A program made the translations under genes and the position numbers. This document shows positions 32,006-45,500 of a DNA stretch of 64,000 bases, in pieces. Numbering within the stretch: position 1 is the stretch's first letter; every line of letters starts with the position of its first letter. The notes beneath the pieces were generated by a model that had not been told where the DNA came from, did not search any database, and was given only the letters and a program-made list of their open reading frames with translations. This stretch comes from Octopus vulgaris. Taxonomy: Eukaryota. The stretch spans positions 162,378,001 through 162,442,000 of the forward strand of contig OX597816.1 of the NCBI GenBank assembly GCA_951406725.2, written 5' to 3'.

Positions 32006-32347
32006 GGAGGGGGGTGCAATGGCCTAGTTATAAGATCGCGGTTTCGATTACCAGACCTGGCATTGTGAGTGTTTATTGAGGGAAAACACCCAAAGCTCTT
32101 CGAGGCTCCGGCAGGGGGTGGTGCCAACCCTGCTGTACTCTTTCACTACAACTTTCTCTCACTCTTTCTTCCTGTTTCTGTATTTCAAAGGGCCAGCCTT
32201 GTTACACTCTGTGTCACGCTGAATCTCCCCCGTGAACTACGTTAAGGGTACCCGTGACTGTGGAGTTCTCAGCCACTTACACGTTAATTTCACGAGCAGG
32301 CTTTTCCGTTGACTGGAACCCTCGTCGCCGTAACCGGCGTAGTGCCG
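32006..32347 (+). mobile_element. SINE family C (H1 + T1), with small deletions
   Basis: Aligns to 4465-4844. Confidence 0.88.
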
Positions 32348-32619
32348 TAGTATACACACACACACTGGCGCGCACACACTCGCAAACACACAGAAACACA
32401 CACATTAGCTGTGATCGACCAGAACAATAACAGTAATAGCACCGGTGATTGTGGAAAGGGTGGAGAAAATATAGTGTAGTTTTTTCTCTACGTTCTGAGT
32501 TCAAATCCTGTCGGTGTCTACTTATGTGCCATATCATACAAACGTTTGTGGGTCCATAGAATTCTCGGTGAAATGCCGGGATCAGTTTAGAATCAGTTTC
32601 CTGGTCATATGTTAAAAAC

Positions 32620-33115
32620 TGCCTCTTCTCCCTCTCCCCTCTCCTCTCTCTCCGCTTCCTCTTGCTTCCTCACTTCTTCCTCTTCCTTCCTCCCTCTCCT
32701 CCTCTTCCACCCTCCTCCTCCTCATACCCTCTTCCTCCTTCTTCCCTCTCATCTTCCTTCTTTCCTCTCCTCCGCTTTCCTTCCTTTCCTGTCCTCCTCC
32801 TTCCTCATTTTCCTTCTAACTCTCTCTCCTTCTCAGTCTCCTGTTCCCTCTCTTCCTTTCCTTCTATTTCATCTCCTCCTTTACTCCCTCTGCCCTTCCT
32901 CTTCTCTCCTCCTCTCTCCCCCGTGTCCGCCTTCCGTTTCTTTCTCCTCTTTTCCTTCCCCTTCGCTCCTGCCCTTTCCTCCTCTTCTCCTTCTACCCTC
33001 CCTCTCCGCTCCTTCCTTCTTTCTCCCCTTCTCCCCTTCCCCCCTCTCTCTTTTACTTCACCCGCCCCTCTTCCTATTCATGCCCCTCACTCTCCCTCCT
33101 CTCCTTTCTCTTCTT
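32620..33115. repeat. ~500-bp polypyrimidine/polypurine low-complexity tract
   Basis: Almost exclusively C and T on the plus strand. Confidence 0.9.
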
Positions 33116-33314
33116 TGTGTCGTCAAGGGCAGTAAACGACTCTTGGTCACTTCCCGGACAAAATTTCTCTATTATCTTCTCTTTTTGAAGCAGTACTCAA
33201 TAACTGGCGCAATGGCTCATCGCATATCCACTGTTTCCCTTCAGGAGTTTAAAACCACGGCAATCTTCCTCTCTGACAAGAAATGCGCGTAAATCTAGAA
33301 TTATTGCAATTTCG

Positions 33315-33480
33315 TTATACGTCATAAGTATCGATCTTGCCTTTAACGGAAGCCACAGCAATATGGCGCTCAGACAACATCTCCGAGTCTCCGACTCTTA
33401 TGTCGTAGTTCGGAAATATGTAAATAAGCCGTCGGGAGCCATTGTTAACGTCGGTCACTTCATCTTCCAAACTTCTCAGT
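33315..33480 (-). CDS. Candidate terminal coding exon of a small unknown protein
   Basis: Minus-strand branch-like CTAAC, pyrimidine tract and TTTCCGCAG acceptor, then an open frame LRSLEDEV...KIDTYDV* in phase 2; the other two frames close within 7 codons. Confidence 0.45.
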
Positions 33481-33619
33481 CTGCGGAAACAATATAAAGA
33501 AGTTTACACAATTTTAGTTAGATTGTTCATTGTTCGACTTTAAATAAGAACATCGCCGCCATCACTACGACCATGATTAATTACCACGAACAAGGTAATC
33601 AGCTCCCTCCTCCCCCTCT

Positions 33620-33832
33620 CCCATCATCACCACGATCACCGTCAACACCATCAACATCAACACGATCATAACCAACACCATCATCATCATCATCATTGTC
33701 ACCATCATCATCGTCATCCTCCTCCTCCTCATCATCATCGTCACCTTCACCACCTCCATCATCACCATCATCATAATCATCACCATCGTCATCATAATCA
33801 TCACCATCATCATCATCATCGTCACCATCATC

Positions 33833-33887
<55 letters not shown>

Positions 33888-34190
33888 CCATCACCATCAT
33901 CATCAACATCACCACCATCATCAACATCATCATCACCATCATCATCACCGGCACAACCATCACTGTCAACACCATCAACATCATCAACATCACCACTATC
34001 CCAATCCTCATCATCACCACTACCACCACCACCATCACCACTACCATCATCATCAGCTGCAGTACCGTCATTATTATCATCATCATGACCACTATCTTCT
34101 TCATCATCATCGTCATCGTTATCGTCGTCGTCGTCGCCATCATCATCATTACCATCATCATCAGCAGCAGCAGCAACAGCAGCAGCAGTA
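33620..34190. repeat. (CAT)/(CAC)/(CAG) trinucleotide mosaic
   Basis: Direct repeat. Confidence 0.92.
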
Positions 34191-34850
34191 GCCCGCTTTC
34201 ATCATTGTCATGCCTATGACATCATTAGCGAAAAGTCACCGATGGCCAAATCGATAAGGTGATATTGATCATATCTCTGTGCTGCTGATCGATATAATTA
34301 AGTTCAAAGTAGCTTCTTTGAGCTCATTCATCCTACTCAGAATAGCGGCCGAATTCCGCTTCTATCACTCATTACAGGCGTAAGAGATGATGGTCACGAA
34401 TACTACATCAAATAATGTAGTACTCAATACATGACATCTCAATATATGATAAAACAGGAGCAACCTAGTGTGCTGCTAAACAAGAGAAACAGCATCAGCT
34501 CTTTCAATTTCTATAATATTTGATGTCGCTTATGAGTCTCAGAACACTTTAATTTCTAAGTTCTCCACCGAAAACTTTCTCTTTGAGTTGTATATTTGAT
34601 ACAAGTTATACAAGCTTTCTCTCTTCTTTGTTATGTTTCTACGAGTGAATGATATCATCAATCGGAAGTTAGCGTAAAATTTGTCAATTGTATATGATTA
34701 TCACTGCTTATAATAGTACTAGGGTGTAACATAACATAATTCTAAGACCTCAACCGAAAACTTTGTTTTTGAGTAGCGTATCAAATACACGTCTCTACAA
34801 GTAAATGATACCCCCTAACGGAAGTCGATTAAATACCTGTTTATTGTATA

Positions 34851-35460
34851 CTAGCTGGCGTACCCGGTAATTCCCAGAGGTAAAGATGTTCTCAGTAGCT
34901 ATTTATTACTTTGATATAATAAAGCAATTTCGTTATAAATGCCACAAAAGGCATATTTTCCGTCGCGAAAAAGTACAAAAAACTGTCAGCTGAAGGAGGG
35001 AGAGCTTGTCGGAAATTTGAAGCGAATTGGATGTTAAATGCAAAAGTTTTTGAGTGAATAAAAACTTGCAATCAAATTGAAAACATCATTTTTATGCGGT
35101 ATTTTGTCCTCCCCTTACAACCTAAGTAAAATATTTTTCCTTCATAAATCCTCGTAATATTTTTCACCTGTATCTCAAATTTGAAACGAATCGGTTGAGA
35201 AATGTTAATACAAAAAAAAAAAAATATCTTCCTTATGGAAATTCCCATTCAAAACTCATATTGATTTTTTTTCAATTGGCCGCTGATTTGTAATTATCGA
35301 TTTTTTTTTCAACAATCTGGGTACGCCATGAGGTTTCCAGACATGAGTTCTACTCACGTGTCAAATTTCATCAAAATCGATAAAACGATGTAGGAGGAGT
35401 TAGCTAACAACTCCACAAACAAACACAACCACAGATAGAATTTTCCACATATATGGTAGA
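34851..35460 (-). mobile_element. Non-autonomous Helitron (610 bp)
   Basis: On the minus strand: A|TC start, CTAG|T end, subterminal imperfect hairpin CTGGGAATTACCGGG and no target duplication; the empty site is visible in a paralogous repeat unit. Confidence 0.75.
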
Positions 35461-35926
35461 TGTTTGTTACTGTTTATAGAGGTGCTGATGATTTTCCTAA
35501 CACATTCAAATCTTAACCGAAAACCCGGTCTTCGAGTAGAATATCTAACACAAACTATAACAGCAGTTTCTTTCTCTTAATAAATTATACACCCTGCCGG
35601 AAATTAATTAAAGTAATTAAATGTTTTTAGCTGTTTGCGACTGTCATTGCTTATAGCGGAGAACTATACAAATACGTGATACATACGTTTGTACAATTAG
35701 TTTAGGCTGTTTCAGTTTCAAACTCCATGTCCATAGGGCCGATGCTCTAATGATGACGGCAATCGAACCAATTATTGTTCAACAGAATAGTTGATAGCTC
35801 TACCTCCGGGCCATATTCACAGTTTTATTATCTATGCATAACATCTAAAAATAGAATTCCAATAGAGAAATTTACAGCGCCAGACGAGAGATTTAATGCT
35901 ATTATAAAACCGCAGAGATTTTAAAC

Positions 35927-35968
<42 letters not shown>

Positions 35969-36000
35969 TAATAACAATAATAATAGTAGTAGTAGTAGTA

Positions 36001-36031
<31 letters not shown>

Positions 36032-36594
36032 AACCAATCTGCTTTCTCTCAGACAAAAGTTTCTATTTGAAATAATGGCGTACTATTTTTACAAATGACT
36101 TTTTATCGTGCTACGTTATTAAGACGATTTCCTAAACTCTATTTTATAGGATATAGTAACATTCGTCTATTTAATACAAGATGTTACGGTGAAGTTGTAC
36201 TTTAGCGGTGAATTACATTCGGTGAACTGGTTTAGATTATAAACACTTAAAAAGTTGAATCAGTTTGGTTTGCCGTAAGGAACAGATGGGGTGGGGGTGG
36301 GGGGAAAGACCAAACATTTCGGGCGTTCGATTTCGTCACAGAGTGATGTTATATAAATTCTAGATCAGGCTTGATTTAGCGGACAGATAATACTATGAAC
36401 AAAGACATTCCAACCGTGATCATCCCGTGCTTTTCTATAGCTTGGTCTCTATTATCCAATGTATTCTTTCTTTTTTTAATACCAAAGAATATGATGGTGG
36501 TTTGAAGAAATTTGATAGTTACTCATAATAAGCTGAGCGACCACGGGAAGGGTTATTCATCTTCGGAGGATGGCACTGCATAGATATAATACAG

Positions 36595-36735
36595 GCGCAA
36601 GAGTGCTTACCAATCACATGGTTCTGGGTTCAGTCCCACTGCATGGAACCTTTGGCAAGCGACTTCTACTATACCCTGGGGCCGATCAAAGCCTTGTGAG
36701 TTGATTTGGTAGACGGAAACTGAAAGAAGTCCGTC

Positions 36736-36826
<91 letters not shown>

Positions 36827-37035
36827 ATCTAAACAAGAAAGCACAAAAAAACACAACAACGCGAGGACGTGGAACAAATATAGTATTATTGGAGTGTGTA
36901 TGTATGTATGTATGTATGTATGTATGTATGTATGTATGCATGTGTGTGTGTCTGTGTTTGTCCCCACCACCGTCGCTTGACAGCCGATGGTGGTGTGTCT
37001 ACGTCCCCGTAACATTAGTGGTTCGGCACAAAGGA
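36595..37035 (+). mobile_element. SINE family B with expanded/interrupted internal microsatellite, 3' end missing
   Basis: Head GGGTTCAGTCCCACTGC, body GGTAGACGGAAACTGAAAGAAG and CGCTTGACAGCCGATG. Confidence 0.82.
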
Positions 37036-37137
37036 CGTTGACAAAAAACAATATAAACATTAAAAAATAAAGCCTGACGAGTTAACTTTGTTTCTCCAAT
37101 GAAAAAGACAACGTTGATAAGACCACCGGCAAAGTGC

Positions 37138-37220
<83 letters not shown>

Positions 37221-37375
37221 TGTTTCTTTATTAGCCACACAGGGCTGCACACAGATAGAACAAATTACAAGGTAGAGCTTTTCTTTTGGGGGTAAATAAA
37301 AAAAAAAAAAGGAGAGTGGTGGTTTTCGATCAAAAGGGATCGTAAAAGGAAAGAAAAAGGACAAAAAAAGGGGAG

Positions 37376-37376
<1 letters not shown>
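37221..37376 (-). mobile_element. Second, more truncated copy of the (GATA)n-associated element
   Basis: Reverse complement matches about 10340-10500; (GATA)n on both sides. Confidence 0.7.
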
Positions 37377-37435
<59 letters not shown>

Positions 37436-37469
37436 TTCAACTTGGGAAATAAATAGATGTCTTACTTAC

Positions 37470-37519
37470 ATACGTTTATCCACATTTTTATTACCATCAT
37501 CACCATCGTAGTGGTCCAT
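37470..37519 (-). CDS. Candidate first coding exon (MDHYDGDDGNKNVDKR + 2 nt)
   Basis: First ATG after an in-frame stop; ends at a consensus GTAAGT donor in phase 2, matching the 33480 acceptor. Confidence 0.4.
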
Positions 37520-38171
37520 ATATTTCTGCAGGACCACCAAAAAGTGGGTGTTGGAAGCAGATAGATTTTCTGACCAGCAAATCCTGTCCCATATATAAGA
37601 AGCCGAAAAGCATTCGTTTCATTCAAGCTAGAGGTTTCTTGGGCCAAGATATGACGGTAGGATAGTTATACACCCCTGCGTCGCCCTATTCCGGCGGTTA
37701 TAGATGACGAAATAATCTATGTATTTGCCGCTCGAAACCTACCCTTCAGAGAGAACTTGCAAGAACTCTATTTTTGTCCTGGAACCAGACCCTGAGCACC
37801 TTAATTAAGTCCTCAATTCAGCGATTGAAAGTTTCCGTTTTTGTGTGTCTTCCTGCACATACCTGTTACTCTTTCCGTACGATATCAACTCCCTCAATAT
37901 CCGAACAATCTAATACCGTATCAGTACTAGTGCCCGCGAATTTAGTGATGGTTGTCATATGACACAGTTCAAGTGAGATAATTTTTGGTCTCTATTCCCG
38001 GCGACAATAAGCCCAAGAACAAAACATATATACAAAAGACGGAAGAGGAGGTATCCTTGACAGGCTGATCAAACAATATTAAAACACTTCGAGACGTGGC
38101 CGTATAGATGACTATTGAAAAGATGCCGCTGTATATTGTTACGATCCACACTCTAAAGGGAGGACTGAAAT

Positions 38172-39600
38172 AATGGTTTCAAATTTTGCCACAAGGAAGA
38201 GGGGATGAATCGATTGCATCGACCCCAGTACGCAACTGGTACTTATTTTATCGATCCCGAAAGGATGAATGGTAAAATCGATTTCAGCAGAACTCAGAAC
38301 GTAGTGACGAGTGAAATACCGCTAAGCATTTCGTCCATCGCGCTAACGATTCTACCAGCTCGCTGCCTTGTTTACATAAGACATGTAAACTTAATTTCTC
38401 GATCAGTTTGACCCCATCAAATGGCTTTTGAGCGTCTTTAGTAGGGCACACGCTTTGGCAAGCGTTTCTGCCAGATCTCCATTTTGCGAAGAACTCAGTC
38501 TCTGAAGATGTGTAAATAAAAGAAAAAAGAGCCTGGGGTCAGCCTTCCATCTAACAAAGCCGTAGAAAAATATTAATAATGTTGTTTCTTATTTTAGCAA
38601 AAAGCCAGTAATTCTTAGAGGAGGGCCCAAGTCGATTACATCAATCCCGATACATATTTAACCGTACCCGGAAAAGACGAAATACCCTGTCAACCTCGGT
38701 GAAATTTGAACACAGAACTTAAAGAGCTGCAAGAAATGTCCCTCAGCATTTTGTCCAACACGCTGAAGATTCTTGTAGATCGCTGCCTGAACAATAATAA
38801 TAATCCTATCTACTATGGACACAAGGCCTGAAACTTTGAAGGAGGGAGTTAGTCCAACATCGACGCTAGGACTCAACTGGTCTTTAATTTATCGACCTCA
38901 AAAGGATGGAAGGCAAGATCGATCTCAGCAACAGAATTCAGAACGTAAAGTTGGACACAATACTACTAAGCATTTTGTCCGGTATTTTAACAACAATAAT
39001 TGCTTTAAACTTTGGCAAATAGCCAACAAATTTTCTTTGCTTGATCGATGACATCCATCCCAGTTCTTAATAGGTACATTTTTTACTTAGAAAAGATGAA
39101 AGGCGAAGTAGACCAGTAGGCGTCGGCAGGATTTGAACTCGGAAGATAAAGTGCTTTAAGAACCGGTGATAAGCAGTTTGTCCGATGCGCTAATAATTCT
39201 GCCAGGTCAATGCCTTCAAAATTGGCTTTAAATTTTGGAACAAAGCCAGCAACTTCGGAGGCGGTAGAAAGTTGATTACATCGATCCCCAATACTCCATT
39301 GGTGCTTATATTATAGACACCGAAAGGATTAAAGGCAAGATCGACCTCGACAGAATTTGAACTCAGAACGTAAAGTCGGACAAAATACCGCTAAGCATCT
39401 TATCCGGCTCTGTAACGATTCTGCCATCACGCTACGTAAACAATTGTAATTGTCCTTTCAACAGTAAGCACAAGGCCTGAAATTAGGAAGGAGTGGGCCA
39501 GTCGAATACATCGACCCCAGTATTCAACTAGTGTCTATTTGATGGACTCCAATAGGATGAAAGACAAAGTTGACATCGGTAGAATTTGGACCCACAACAT
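38172..39600 (-). mobile_element. Cluster of older, co-oriented SINE A copies
   Basis: About six diverged reverse-complement bodies containing GATGAAAGGC.AAG and TTTGAACTCAGAAC-like motifs. Confidence 0.78.
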
Positions 39601-39601
39601 A

Positions 39602-39921
39602 GGATAGGAGCACTCCGTCGGCTACGACGAGGGTCCCAGTTGATACGATCAACGGAACAGCCTGCTCATGAAATTAACGTGCAAGTGGCTGAGCACTCCA
39701 CAGACAGGTGTACCCATAACGTAGTTCTCAGATAGATTCAGCGCGACACAGAGTGTGACAAGGCTGGCCCTTTGAAATACAGGTACTACTCATTTTCGCC
39801 AGCTGAGTAGACAGGAGGAATGTGAAATAAAGTGTCTTGCTCAAAGACACAACACGTCACCGGGAATCGAACTCACAACCTTACGATTATGAACCCAATG
39901 CCCTAACCACTAAGCCACGCG
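39602..39921 (-). mobile_element. tRNA-derived SINE (head H2 + tail T1) nested in a SINE A copy
   Basis: A-box TGGCTTAGTGGTTAG and B-box GAGTTCGATTCC on the minus strand; 11-bp duplication CCCACAACATA at 39591-39601 and 39922-39932. Confidence 0.88.
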
Positions 39922-40029
39922 CCCACAACATAAAGACGGACAAAATGCCGGTAACATTTTTGTACGATGCATTATCGTTTCTGACCAGTTCGCTGCCTTA
40001 GCAATAATAATATTCTTTTCTGCTCTAGG

Positions 40030-40603
40030 GGGCCAGTCCATAAGATCGACCTCAGTACGCAACTGGTACTTAATTTGTCGATCCCGAAAGGATGAAAGGC
40101 AAAGTCGACCTCGGCGGAATTTGAACTCAGAACGTAACGGTAGCCGAAATACCTATTTCTTTACTGCCTACAAGGGGCTACACACAGAGGAGACAAACAA
40201 GGACAGACAAAGGGATTAAGTCGATTATATCGACCCCAGTGTGTAACTGGTACTTATTTAATCGACCTCGAAAGGATGAAAGGCAAAGTTGACCTCGGCG
40301 GAATTTGAACTCAGAACGTAGCGGCAGACAAAATACCGCTAAGCATTTCGCCCGGGGTGCTAACGTTTCTTATTCTTTATTGCTCACAAGGGGCTAAACA
40401 TAGAGGGGACAAAGAAGGACAGACATAGAAATTAAGTTGATTACATCGACCACAGTGCCTAATTGGCACTTAATTTATCGACCCAGAAAGGATGAAAGGC
40501 AAAGTCGACCCCGGCGGAATTTGAACTCGTAACGTAAATACAGACGAAATAACGCCAAGCATTTCACCCGGCGTCCTAGCGTTTTTGCCAGCTCGCTGCC
40601 TCA
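40030..40603 (-). mobile_element. SINE family A multimer/cluster
   Basis: Three bodies, one joined by the GAAATACCTATTTC junction. Confidence 0.88.
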
Positions 40604-41136
40604 GCAATAATAATATTAATATAACAATAAAACTGATTGCATTAATATAAGCCTATAAAACATGAGAGAAGGTACTTTAACAGATAAGATTGGGGGCATA
40701 TACATATAAGTTGTTGCTTTTTTTTCTAACTTGTTCCTTGTTCGTTGGTATTTTTAAATACTTTTTGTTTTTATTTATTTTTTATTCTTTCTTTTTTTTT
40801 TGAGAGCCTCTAGAATTAAAGGAGGAATCTTTATGGCACTGAAATGTCGTAATGTTATCAAAGGAAATATCATCAACAACAACAAGACCGTCAACGATAA
40901 AAAAAAAACCAAAATAGAAAAACAAAGGCAAAAGAACAAACAACAAACAACAGCAGCAGCAGCAGTAGCAGTAGCAGCTGGAGGAGGAGGAGGAGGAGCA
41001 ACGTCAAGAACAACAAATGCATGAATAACAAAACAAGCAAAAAAAAAATACTACACTAAGTACAATAACAACAATAAACTACAACAAACAACAATGATAA
41101 TAATGCAAGTAATAATGATTTCTTTTATAAATAGTG

Positions 41137-41202
<66 letters not shown>

Positions 41203-41477
41203 TAATAACAACAACAACAAAAGCAATAATAATAATAATAATAATAGTAGAAGTCATAATAAAAATGATGATGATGATAATGATGATGATCCTAGCTATA
41301 ATAACAATAAAGAATAAATGGAATAAAAAAAAGGCAAAAGACAACAGGAAAAAGAACGAAAATGGTGAAAAAAATACACCCCCAAAAGTAATAAATATAA
41401 AAAGTAAAAACATAAACAATAATATAAACAGAAACAACAAAGAATATAAATCATTCCGCACTTTTTCGCTTGTTGCT

Positions 41478-41524
<47 letters not shown>

Positions 41525-41763
41525 TTACATAAACGAGCTCTATAGGTTTCTCTGTGTGTGTGTGCACATAAAGAGAACTGTAATTGTATAATTGTGTGAA
41601 TGTGTCTCTCTTTGTGTCTGTGTAATCGTGTATTTATGTATAGATTGCTGCCTTTGGCATAAGAATACACGTACATATATACACACGCATATATACATAT
41701 ATAGTATAATCATATATGTATAGATGTGTGTATACGCACACACACACACATATACATATACAT

Positions 41764-41824
<61 letters not shown>

Positions 41825-41872
41825 TATATGTGTATATTTCTAAATATACACATATAAATGTATATGTCTCTC

Positions 41873-41909
<37 letters not shown>

Positions 41910-42104
41910 TTGTGTAGTGTATATATATATATAAATATGTGTAGATTTATATACATATATACATATATATATGTATATATATAAGTATATGTGTATATTC
42001 ATACACATGCACACATATCTATATATCTATGTCTATATATGTGCATATTTATGTGTGTGTAGTGTGTATATATAAATATATATATATATACATATACATT
42101 ATAC

Positions 42105-42135
<31 letters not shown>

Positions 42136-42169
42136 CATCATACATAAATATATATATATATACATACTT

Positions 42170-42232
<63 letters not shown>

Positions 42233-42934
42233 CATGTTCTTATATGTGCACTAATAATGTATGTACATGTTACATGTGCGTGATTTTATGTGGAAGACAA
42301 TCAATGCAAGTCTAACTGTACGGTACCAGCAACAATTTTGATTTTATCAATATTACAGAACGTCTGATTGTATGCTATATTACTGGATTATGCTAATAGA
42401 TCTTGGAAATTGCACAAGATTCTAGCGATAAAAACCAACAACAAACTTTCTGTTATAGCAAAGTCATTCCATTCATATTTAGCATTTTCCTGAATATCTG
42501 ATGTGTCGTGAGCATTTACAACGAAGTACTTAGTTGCGCGCGCATGTCTTATGTTAATTAAGAATTTGTGTGTGCGTGTGCGTATCCGTGTCTGCTTGCG
42601 TACGTGTGTGTTTGTGTGTTTGTTCAATGTGTGTGCGTTTCTGTTTTTGTATGTGCTGTGTCTTTGATATTTGGTGTTGTGTGTATTGTGAATAGCGCTC
42701 TGTATCTGTTTATAGATATTTCTCTCTCTCTCTCTTACACTCAATTACACAGATATACACACACATACACACATACACACAAGTGCGCGCACATGTACTC
42801 ACGCATACATGTTCACACGTGCCTGTGTTGTGTTTGTGTATGTGAGTGTGCGTTTAGCCTGCTGACATACGCAAGCGAGAGTGGTAGAGTCACATGTACA
42901 ATATTTTCTCAAATGGATTTAGATGCCTATATTG

Positions 42935-43094
42935 CCAGGAGTGACTGTGTGGTAAGTAGCTTGCTTACCAGCCACAAGTTTCTGGGTTCAGTCCCACTGC
43001 GTGGAACCTTGGGCAAGTGTCTTCTGCTATAGTCTCGGGCCACCCAAAGCCTTGTGAGTGGATTTGGTAGACGGAAACTGAAAGAAGCCCATCG

Positions 43095-43189
<95 letters not shown>

Positions 43190-43388
43190 GTCTGTGTTTG
43201 TTCCGGCAATATCACTTGACAAACGATGCTGGTGTGTTTATGTCCCCGTAACTTACTGGTTCGGCAAAAGAGACCGATAGAACAAGTACTAGGCTTACAA
43301 TGAATAAGTGCTGGTGTCGATTTGTTCGACTAAAGACAGCATTCCAACATAGCCGCATTCAAATGACTTAAGCAAGTAAAAGAGTAAG
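42935..43388 (+). mobile_element. SINE family B, full length
   Basis: tRNA-like head, CORE-like ACCTTGGGCAAGTGTCTT, internal (TA)n(TG)n and LINE-related tail. Confidence 0.9.
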
Positions 43389-43939
43389 GGTAGATAGTGA
43401 CACACTTCTTTGGCCTAGTGGTTAGGGATATTGAGTTCCCAATCGTGAAGTTGTGAGTTCAATTCTTGAACTGGCTTCTATTCTTCCAATCTGCTCAGCT
43501 GAAAGTTACCAATGTTGTACTGCTACATTCGGTCCTCCCTCCAGGTGTCTGAACTCCGAAATTTACTCCTAAGGATTAAACTTAAAATAAGATTGCAATA
43601 AAAAATGAAAAGTATAAAGCTGTCCGTCACAAACATAATAAAGAGAGTCACGATCATCAATATAACCAGGTTAGACGAAATAATATGTATTAATAATAAT
43701 AAGTGCTCAGTCGGACGGTTCTGATAGGAATATCACAACCCCTTTAACATGCGAAACAAGTACGTATAAAACGAATATGGAAAATATATTTCTATCGATA
43801 ATAACGTAGCTGTAAATAAAGAGAGACGCAAATACTACAGCCAAATGACAAAAATGATTCTGAAACTGATATTGAAATCTAAGACTCGCAAAGAATGAGG
43901 AAATCAGGAAGAATCTCAAAACTTCTTAGGATACATAAA

Positions 43940-45500
43940 CTATTAGATTTTGGCCGATTTTAGAAGAACCAGGTAAACTAAATCAAAAATTAATGAAGAA
44001 CCAACAATGACAGATGACAGAGTCTGAGGAGGAGTACTTGCAAAAAAATATCCTCCAACCAGCAAAGTTAAACTTGTTCACAGCTACAAACGGAATGTAT
44101 GCACAATTGTAAAATGCCGAAACAACTTAAGATGTAAAGACAGTTCAGACACCAGAGTAAACAAACAGCTAGAAGTCACACTAATAATAAAAGTCCAAAA
44201 CTTATTAAAATATCAAAGAATGAACAGGAATATTTAACAACATCTAACTGGATCACTCAAAAAGTTAAAGAAGCAGAATTCATTGACAATTACTAATCCA
44301 TAATCTATCTTCCTGCGGCGTAGTATAATAATAGTGCAGCTCATAAGCAAGTGAGAAAATAAGTTTTGAAAACACCAGAAATAACAAATATCACTGAGGC
44401 ACCGCAATTAGAGATACCATAAGTGAAAACTACTAAAGGAGAAGGATCAGAGCATGACATCGATTGACTACAAGGTTTCCCATTCGTGGATCCTCGAAAC
44501 ATCAATCATGTCGAATGTAGCAATAATAGAAGATATCTAAACTTGACTAAATGTCAATGACAAACAATTCTGCAAGTACTGATAAAAATGGAGATTATGA
44601 AATAATAAAATCAACTCACTTTTCTAAGAAGACGAACATTCCGCGATGGTTCCTTTTCTCTGTTGCTTTTCTTCCTGTTGCTAACACCTTTAATCAACAC
44701 ATCCTACCAGACTGAATTCGGATACAATCCTACCGTGGAACAATCAACCGTCATTAGTGTTTGGATGACCTCAAGTTGTATGCTGTACATGATAATTCGA
44801 AACACTGCTACAGATAATTTATAGATTCACCATAAGTATTGACACGAGGATCTGGTTAGAAATATATGCCAAAACAATCTTGAAGGTATCAATGAAAAGC
44901 TGGAGTACAACACACAATTGAAAGAAAGAAGTTTAGTAAAAATAAATGATACAATCGAGTTGGATTAATACTTAAAACGTTCGTAAATGGAAAATAATAA
45001 CACAGCGTCTCTCCTAGTAATCAGATGTAATTTAGGAAATCAATATAAATATAATACAGAAGGTAAAGTAACAGACAATTGCGAGAACAAAGGAGGAGAG
45101 AACGAGATTGGTGAAAAATTAATATGTCGGATGAAAGCAACATAATGCCATGCTAGGACGAAACCTCTAGACAATTTATTCATGAAAAGAACTGAATAGA
45201 AGCTAAAGTGATGCAAAAAATATCCAGCAACTGTTGAGAAGAACCGGAACATATGAGACCAAAGTATTTAGAAAAGATTCAAGTTTGGTAAAATCACTAA
45301 CAAAAACAAGTGTTTATTTGGCCTCTTGCATTAGATAAGATAAGATAGAATGAATCTTAGATAAGATAGAATGTATCCACAAGTTAGGAAGAGGTGAGAC
45401 TTTCTCACACACTGGAAATTATTTTGTTACTTTGAAATAGCAACAGAAAAGAAACGATGCAATCTTATATCAAATAAGTGGCCAAAGAACAAAGAGACCA
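43940..45500 (+). pseudogene. Highly decayed non-LTR retrotransposon, R4/Dong-like RT
   Basis: Fragments GSFSLLLFFLLLTPL and LDDLKLYA (44647-44784) resemble the GDSLSPLLF and YMDDLKLY motifs; strong A-rich strand bias. Outer limits uncertain. Confidence 0.5.

Noticed and set aside
32609-33292. 227-aa Leu/Ser/Pro-rich membrane-like ORF
   Set aside because: A product of the polypyrimidine tract.
33296-33335. Minus-strand CTTATGA...GAAATTGCAATA hammerhead-like string
   Set aside because: Core is mutated, stem I is absent, and it overlaps the candidate exon's stop codon.
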